64,000 nucleotides of DNA from a candidate division WOR-3 bacterium (lineage in GTDB: Bacteria > Hydrothermota > 32-111), in NCBI GenBank assembly GCA_037481815.1, contig JBBFKX010000002.1, positions 15,300 through 79,299 of the forward strand, read 5' to 3'. Positions 57,834 to 64,000 of this stretch are shown piece after piece; the first letter of the stretch is position 1; each line of letters begins with the position of its first letter. The notes under the pieces were generated by a model. The model was not told the DNA's origin. It did no database searches and saw nothing but the letters and a program-made list of their open reading frames with translations. A program made the translations under genes and the position numbers.

Positions 57834-59069
57834 ATGCTGAATCTAAGAAAAAGTATTGATTATTACAAATATGTTTTTCAAAGAATAGATAAAAATGCTT
57901 ATTTTTATCTATCCGGGAACCTCCTTTCAGGTTTTGGATTTGCTGCTTTTTCACTTCTTTTTAACATCTATTTAAAAAGTTTAAACATAGGTGAATCTAA
58001 AATCGGGAACCTTTTATCAATCGGAACGTTTACAACAGCGATACTCATCTTACCAGCAGCGTATATTGTAAAAAGAACGGATTTGAAAAAATTTTTTGTT
58101 TTATCTCCCCTTTTAACTGTTGTGGGGTATTTGATAGCCATTCAAAGTTCTACTTTTACTTTTAGAATTATTGGATTTATCCTCGCTGGAATTGCAGGTG
58201 CTTTCACATCAGTTATCGGTGGTCCTTTTATTATGTCGGTTTCAGATGAAAAAACAAGGACTTTTTTATTTTCGTTGAGCCAGGCAACAATGTTGACCGC
58301 GGGGATAAGTGGAAACCTGATATCAGGTTTTTTGCCAAACATCATCAAAAAGTTTGGCTTATCAGATGTCCTATCTTTAAAATATGCGATATTTTTCCAT
58401 CTTTTTTTCGTTTTTTTATCATTATATTTTTTTTCAAAAATAAAAACAAAAAGACTTTACAGTTCAACTTTTAAAGACAAAATCAAATTTAATACAAATC
58501 TAAAGATTCTCTTTTATTTAATTCTACCCCCTCTAATAATAGGTCTTGGGGCAGGTATGACTATTCCTTTTTTGAATATCTATTTTAAAACAATATTTCA
58601 TCTTTCATCATCACAGATAGGTATAATTTTTTCGATAGCCCAAATGTTAACAATTTTAGGTTCGTTAATTTCTCCATTGATCGCCAGAAGACTCGGACTC
58701 ATAAACACAATAATCATTACACAACTCATTTCTATTCCTTTTCTATTCTTTTTGGGTTTCTCTTCATATTTTCCTCTCGTTCTTATATCATTTTTTTTAA
58801 GAAACGCTTTAATGAACATGGCTTCCCCTCTCTCTTCAAATTTTTCTTTAGAAATAGTTGACAAAGAGGATAGACCTTTTACCAGTGGACTACTTTCACT
58901 GGCATGGCTTGCTTCATGGGGACTCACAGCAAACTTTGGAGGGTATTTTATAGAAAAAAGTGGTTATAAGATTCCTTTCACATTTACCATCTTATGTTAT
59001 TTCACATCTTCAATACTTTATCTGTTACTCCTAAAACCACTCGAAAAAAGTTTTAAAACCTCAAAATAA
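57834..59069 (+). CDS. MFS transporter
   Basis: 411 aa, about 12 TM helices in a 6+6 arrangement. Confidence 0.7.
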   Translation: MLNLRKSIDYYKYVFQRIDKNAYFYLSGNLLSGFGFAAFSLLFNIYLKSLNIGESKIGNLLSIGTFTTAILILPAAYIVKRTDLKKFFVLSPLLTVVGYLIAIQSSTFTFRIIGFILAGIAGAFTSVIGGPFIMSVSDEKTRTFLFSLSQATMLTAGISGNLISGFLPNIIKKFGLSDVLSLKYAIFFHLFFVFLSLYFFSKIKTKRLYSSTFKDKIKFNTNLKILFYLILPPLIIGLGAGMTIPFLNIYFKTIFHLSSSQIGIIFSIAQMLTILGSLISPLIARRLGLINTIIITQLISIPFLFFLGFSSYFPLVLISFFLRNALMNMASPLSSNFSLEIVDKEDRPFTSGLLSLAWLASWGLTANFGGYFIEKSGYKIPFTFTILCYFTSSILYLLLLKPLEKSFKTSK

Positions 59070-62000
59070 ATTTTATACCACTGTTGAAATTACCCTGTTC
59101 ATCCCTTTCGGTAATAAAACTTGAATTCTTTCCAAATCGATATTCGATTTTAAACTGGTCTTTAGAAAAAGAAAAAATATCATGTGTATATGATAGATAC
59201 AATTTTTTACCTATATACTTACCAACAGAAAGTTTCGCACTTTTATCTTTTTCTAAAAGTGTTGTATTCAAATCAAGTTGATCAACCCCTATCGATGAGG
59301 ATATAAGATTCAAATATCTGTTTCTAAGATATATTTGTAAAGCTTTTTCTGGAAGAGTTCTTGTAAAATCATTAAAATTTGTAATATTGTTTAAAGTAGT
59401 ATTAAAACTCAAAACACTCAAAATATTTTCTATCGACATCAAAGGATCTGAACTTACTATTATTTGAGGATTTGAAGCACTTCCTTTTACATTTATACTT
59501 ATTCTCGCTTCTTTTCTTTCATCTCCTTCGCTGAACAAAACATCTGTACTTGCAAGAATATCCAAGAATGGATCGATGTCTTTGGAACTCTGTTGAAATG
59601 TAAAAATTCCTCGTTCTATTAAAAATCTTTTCTCAAGATAAAAATATGTTCCTCTTATTACTTCAGCGTTGCCTGTTATACTGTATTTTAAGTTTTCCTT
59701 TTTAAGTTTAACCTCACCTTTCAGTTCAACATCAACAAAATTGTTTTTAAGCCATAAGTTCCCTTCGGATATGAACAGAAGATCAAGGTTCGTTTTATAT
59801 CCCGATTGTGGTGACAATCCACTTTCCTGAGATTTTATAAAGAATGGGAAATTGGAAACACCTTCGTTGATAAAAATTCTGCCAGTAGTGGTTACCTGAG
59901 TTTGATCACCCAATATTTTCAACGAACATTTTGCAAAAGCATCAACATAATCTAAACCATTTGAATGAACACCATCTGCTAAAATATCGAAAGAATAGTT
60001 ATCCAGAGTCCAGTTTTTCTTTTTTACTCTTCCTGTAAGTTTAACCTTACCCTTTTCTGTGAATCCATTCAATTCTATGTCTTTTAGATAATTCCCATAA
60101 CATACACCTTGCCCTGTGACATTTCTAATTTCGGTTCCAAGTTTTACAATATAAATGTTTGAAGAGTCAACAAAAACATTTCCATAGATTTGTGGATCAG
60201 ATAAAGTCCCGGAAATTTTACCTTCAAGTTCTAATCCTTTTTTTGTTTCAACTGTGAATACATTTTTCAAGGGAACGAAATATTTCCCATCAATATTATT
60301 CAATTTGACATTTAAGTTAAGTTCGGAGTCGAAAATTTTCGAAAAATCTTTGATCGAAATTTCCCCAAACATGTAGGAAACATTTTCATCGTTGTATAAA
60401 TTAAAATAATTTAATTTTAATAATTTATTTTCAAGTTCACAATTGAAATCGATAGAATCTATTTTGAGTTCATAGTAATTTATATCCTTAACTTTTCCCG
60501 AAAAATTGACACTTTTTTTATAATCAGAAATAAGCCCTTTTCCATAAATTAAGGCATCACCAGATATTTCAAAACCTGTAAAATATCTTGTAAGCAAAAG
60601 ATTTTTATCCATAACTTCAAAGTCAAAATCAAACATGTTTTGTGAATTCATCAGATCAAGATGAACATATCCCTCTTTACCTTCAAGGGAAACACCTTTT
60701 ATGGTCAAATCATTTCTGGAGATTTTTATATCAATAGGTTTTGTTAACCTTAGAAAATCAACATCTGTTTTGAGTTCAAGTTTATCTATATTCCCTGAAA
60801 ATTCATAATCCTTTTCTTTAAACTCACCGTTAAGTCCCAAACTAATGGTTATTAGTTCTGAAACAGCATCCAGATCAAGATAAACTTTATCATTTTCCTT
60901 TTTTATTTCAGCGTAAAGGATGTCAAGATTCTTTTTAAATATTTTTCCATTCAAAGCATAAAAATTACCCACAAGATTTTTCAATGAATTATCAGCAAAA
61001 ACAAACTTTGAGTTGAAAGATAGAAAACTTATAAAACTGTTATTCAAGTTAAAATCCTTCACCACAAAAGAATTTTCACAAGATATATACCCTTTTTTAC
61101 CTCTCAGATTTATCCAGCCATCTGCATTTCCACTCAGAGATACTTTCTTATCAATTTCGGTAATGAAACTGAGCGGGAATTTATCGAACGTAACTGTTAG
61201 ATTTTCCCTTTGGTTCCCGAATCTGCCATCAACACACATAAATCCCTGGTTTAGATATAAATTGAGATTTTTTGCAAATATTTCATCTTTTTTTAAAGTA
61301 AAAATTCCATCCAAAAGCAAACCATCAAACTCTCCATAAGAACCTTTTACTGAATCCAGATTTACGGTTATGTATGTTAAAAAATCTGTTTTAAAATTCA
61401 CATTTCCGTAAAATCTATTTTTTTTCAAATCCACATTACTTATAAAACTTTCAAGAGATAAAGAATCAAATTTTAATAAAAATTCCCCATTTAACCCTTT
61501 GTCAAAATCGATGAAACCTTTCGCACTCAAACATAGATTTTTATCATTACATTCAATTTTTTTAAAGTTCAAAGTATCAAATCTGAAAAATATTTCACCC
61601 TTTAAATCTTTAAATGAGAAGCTGTTGTAGCCAATCCTTTTTATATCAAAACTAAAATCCGCATTTTCAAGAGATGGTGAAAAAAGACAACTCGCTGAAA
61701 TTTTCCCATCGATATTAAACTTTTTTCTTTCAAATTCAAATTTTCCGTTCGAAATTTTTGTTTCAAAATTTTTAACAAACAAAAAGGTATCCTTTAATAT
61801 CAAACTGAACTCAGAATTGATATTATCAGAGATGATCGAATTGTTGAGGATTATTGAGTCCATTAGAAAATAAGATATTTCTCCTTCAATCTCTTTCACT
61901 TTAAAAGTATCAACAGTTAAATCAAGAAATTTATAGTAGGCAAAAATCAGGTCTTTTTTTATATTTATCGATGACAAAAACTTCGAATTTGTGAAAATGT

Positions 62001-62481
62001 TACCTTTATAAACGATTTTAACATTCGAAACTTCAACATTGTTTAAATCAATTTTTAAATTATTTTCAAAATGTGGTAACAAAAAGTTAAACTTAAAATC
62101 TTTTAGATTCAATTCTTTATTCTCAGATTTATAATTTTGTTGTCCTTCCTTTATTTCAGCCATCACACCCTCAACAAAAAATTTATTTACCATCAACCTT
62201 TTAAACAAAAAAGAAGATAAACTCAAAGATATGTTAATCTTTTTGATAGAAAGTTTTACTTTTTCATTTTCAAATGTTAGATTTTTAAACTGGAACCTAT
62301 TCAGATTACCTTTTAAATTAGAAATTTCACACTTCCCATTAAACGATTTTGAAATAAAATTTTCGACTCCCGACTTTATCCATCTATTAAACACACCAAA
62401 ATTTAAAAGTAGAACATATGTTAAATAGAAAAAGAGAACAAAAAAAAGTAACAATAAAAGCCATATTTTTCTTCTTTTCAT
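59053..62481 (-). CDS. TamB-like translocation and assembly module protein (DUF490-type C-terminus)
   Basis: 1142 aa; single N-terminal TM anchor, long beta-rich body, C-terminal LSVGKYIGKKLYLSYTHDIF...KIEYRF region as in TamB; start abuts the upstream Omp85 gene. Confidence 0.65.
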   Translation of the reverse strand: MKRRKIWLLLLLFFVLFFYLTYVLLLNFGVFNRWIKSGVENFISKSFNGKCEISNLKGNLNRFQFKNLTFENEKVKLSIKKINISLSLSSFLFKRLMVNKFFVEGVMAEIKEGQQNYKSENKELNLKDFKFNFLLPHFENNLKIDLNNVEVSNVKIVYKGNIFTNSKFLSSINIKKDLIFAYYKFLDLTVDTFKVKEIEGEISYFLMDSIILNNSIISDNINSEFSLILKDTFLFVKNFETKISNGKFEFERKKFNIDGKISASCLFSPSLENADFSFDIKRIGYNSFSFKDLKGEIFFRFDTLNFKKIECNDKNLCLSAKGFIDFDKGLNGEFLLKFDSLSLESFISNVDLKKNRFYGNVNFKTDFLTYITVNLDSVKGSYGEFDGLLLDGIFTLKKDEIFAKNLNLYLNQGFMCVDGRFGNQRENLTVTFDKFPLSFITEIDKKVSLSGNADGWINLRGKKGYISCENSFVVKDFNLNNSFISFLSFNSKFVFADNSLKNLVGNFYALNGKIFKKNLDILYAEIKKENDKVYLDLDAVSELITISLGLNGEFKEKDYEFSGNIDKLELKTDVDFLRLTKPIDIKISRNDLTIKGVSLEGKEGYVHLDLMNSQNMFDFDFEVMDKNLLLTRYFTGFEISGDALIYGKGLISDYKKSVNFSGKVKDINYYELKIDSIDFNCELENKLLKLNYFNLYNDENVSYMFGEISIKDFSKIFDSELNLNVKLNNIDGKYFVPLKNVFTVETKKGLELEGKISGTLSDPQIYGNVFVDSSNIYIVKLGTEIRNVTGQGVCYGNYLKDIELNGFTEKGKVKLTGRVKKKNWTLDNYSFDILADGVHSNGLDYVDAFAKCSLKILGDQTQVTTTGRIFINEGVSNFPFFIKSQESGLSPQSGYKTNLDLLFISEGNLWLKNNFVDVELKGEVKLKKENLKYSITGNAEVIRGTYFYLEKRFLIERGIFTFQQSSKDIDPFLDILASTDVLFSEGDERKEARISINVKGSASNPQIIVSSDPLMSIENILSVLSFNTTLNNITNFNDFTRTLPEKALQIYLRNRYLNLISSSIGVDQLDLNTTLLEKDKSAKLSVGKYIGKKLYLSYTHDIFSFSKDQFKIEYRFGKNSSFITERDEQGNFNSGIKFILRF

Positions 62482-64000
62482 CAGAACGGATTCCCTATAC
62501 TGAAATAATATTTCATATCTTCTGCTACATTAAAAGGCTTTGCAACATCAATTCTCAATGTGCCAAACATTGTATTATAAAAAATTCCTATTCCACCTGA
62601 TAAAACAAAATCCTTTAAGTTGAAGTTAAAGTCAAAATATTTTTTTAACATTCCTGTGTCAAAAAAATAAATTATACCAAAAGATTTGTAAGCTTTAACT
62701 CTTAACTCATAATTAAGGTTTATCAAAAAATTCCCTGATCTTGTGCCGAGATCATTCAAAGGTCCTATGGAGTCCTGCTGAACACCTCGAACACTTGTTA
62801 ATCCTCCAAGGGTGAATTGTTCGTTTATAGATATACCTCTTTCATATGAAACTCCGTAAGGGAGAATTATACCTGTTCTTATTCTAAACATATTCACAAG
62901 TTGTTCTTTATAGCCATAATAATTTGAATTTTCATAAACAAATCTATAAAAATTGTTATAACCTCTCAAAAATCCCCCAGCGAGATCAAATTTTACCATT
63001 GAATAAACACCTTTTGTCGGGAATATCACTTCATCTCTTGAATCAAAATAGAAAATTATGTTTGTTGAATTTGTAGTTACTTTTTCATATCTATAACTTC
63101 TATCTTCAAAAAATGTATCAATGGTACTGATTCTGTATGACCAATTGTTGGAAAATGAATATTGACCAAAAATTCTACTTATACCTGTGTTAAAAACAAA
63201 ATCTTTTTTAAGGTAAAAGGGGTTACTTTCAATGTTGAAACCTATTTGAGAATTGAAAGAATAAAAAGTACTGAAAAGGTAAGGGACTTTGTATCTTAAT
63301 ATTGAATAAAACCATTTATCATACATCATAAATGGATCACTAACAAAAGAGGATGCAGCAGAACTTTCAAGAGAAAGTTTTTCAGCGTTGTTGAAAAGAT
63401 TGTCGTTTCCTATGCCGGTCGAAATCTTAAGTTTATTTGGGAATTGATATAAAACAGCAGATGAAATCCAATTTTTCTTTTTTTCTTCACCATAAAAAAA
63501 AACATTAAGCGATTCTTTTTTCTCCTCAACACCTTCTACCTTAAAATTCAATGAATTGAAGAGATTTGAAGAATAAATCTTTCTCTGGAGATAATATATA
63601 TCTTCCGGGATATACTCTTTCTCTTTATAATTTTGAGTTTCCATTTCAAAAATTTTTTTTGTTGTTATAAAATTTAATGAGTCAAAGTAAATATCTTTTA
63701 TATAAGTTTTCCCTCCTTCTTCTATATTCACATACAAAGCAACTCTGTATCTGTTTTCCTGGGGAACCAGTTCATAATCTACCGACGCATAGATAAATCC
63801 TAAAGAAGCATATCTATCGATAATGTTTATCTGCCTCTGATAGATTTTTCCTATATCGAGAGGAGAATTTTTTTTTAAATCAAGGATTGAAAGTATTTCA
63901 GAAGTTTCAAGTACTTTGTTACCATATATTTTCACATCTGTTATTAAAGTCAAAAAACCTTCGTTGATTTTTATATATATATCCGCTTTATCCGAATCTA
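62481..64000 (-). CDS. Omp85-family outer-membrane protein (TamA/BamA-like), N-terminus outside window
   Basis: POTRA-like segment then beta-barrel with aromatic C-terminus (DVAKPF...YFSIGNPF); the reading frame is open from 63953 to the window edge, so the ORF-track start (a TTG at 63953) is not the true start. Confidence 0.75.
   Translation of the reverse strand, partial: DSDKADIYIKINEGFLTLITDVKIYGNKVLETSEILSILDLKKNSPLDIGKIYQRQINIIDRYASLGFIYASVDYELVPQENRYRVALYVNIEEGGKTYIKDIYFDSLNFITTKKIFEMETQNYKEKEYIPEDIYYLQRKIYSSNLFNSLNFKVEGVEEKKESLNVFFYGEEKKKNWISSAVLYQFPNKLKISTGIGNDNLFNNAEKLSLESSAASSFVSDPFMMYDKWFYSILRYKVPYLFSTFYSFNSQIGFNIESNPFYLKKDFVFNTGISRIFGQYSFSNNWSYRISTIDTFFEDRSYRYEKVTTNSTNIIFYFDSRDEVIFPTKGVYSMVKFDLAGGFLRGYNNFYRFVYENSNYYGYKEQLVNMFRIRTGIILPYGVSYERGISINEQFTLGGLTSVRGVQQDSIGPLNDLGTRSGNFLINLNYELRVKAYKSFGIIYFFDTGMLKKYFDFNFNLKDFVLSGGIGIFYNTMFGTLRIDVAKPFNVAEDMKYYFSIGNPF

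Noticed and set aside
62481-63953. ORF-track start of the Omp85 gene at 63953
   Set aside because: That codon is a TTG and the frame remains open to the window edge at 64000, so the gene is truncated by the window rather than starting there.
1-64000. CRISPR arrays, rRNA or tRNA genes
   Set aside because: No regularly spaced direct repeats and no intergenic region long or GC-structured enough for an RNA gene; intergenic space totals under 1 kb.

Overview
Dense, AT-rich, protein-coding chromosomal window (about 58 predicted CDS, no rRNA/tRNA, no CRISPR, no IS or prophage) from what looks like an uncultivated FCB-superphylum-like bacterium. That placement rests on a T9SS-type C-terminal sorting domain, GWxTD-like proteins and TamA/TamB, plus an MglA/MglB polarity pair. 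I did not find a recognisable defence or mobile system. The best candidates for something undescribed are (i) a 1310-aa, almost purely coiled-coil Lys/Glu-rich protein translationally coupled to a XerD-like recombinase and two metallo-beta-lactamase-fold hydrolases, (ii) an 860-aa secreted protein with about 12 tandem ~23-residue Gly/Asp/Tyr repeats followed by HEAT-like repeats, and (iii) a LemA plus large GIDE-like membrane protein pair. Recognisable content is housekeeping: lysine biosynthesis (dapB-dapL-lysC-asd), nadB, hpf-hprK with orphan mannose-type PTS EIIA/EIIB, a chemoreceptor, a four-subunit pyruvate:ferredoxin oxidoreductase, rlmN, mutS2, rpsU, and two cell-surface glycan loci. 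All calls are from reading the translations and remembered family motifs; no searches were run. The ORF track uses alternative start codons, so several start coordinates are approximate.
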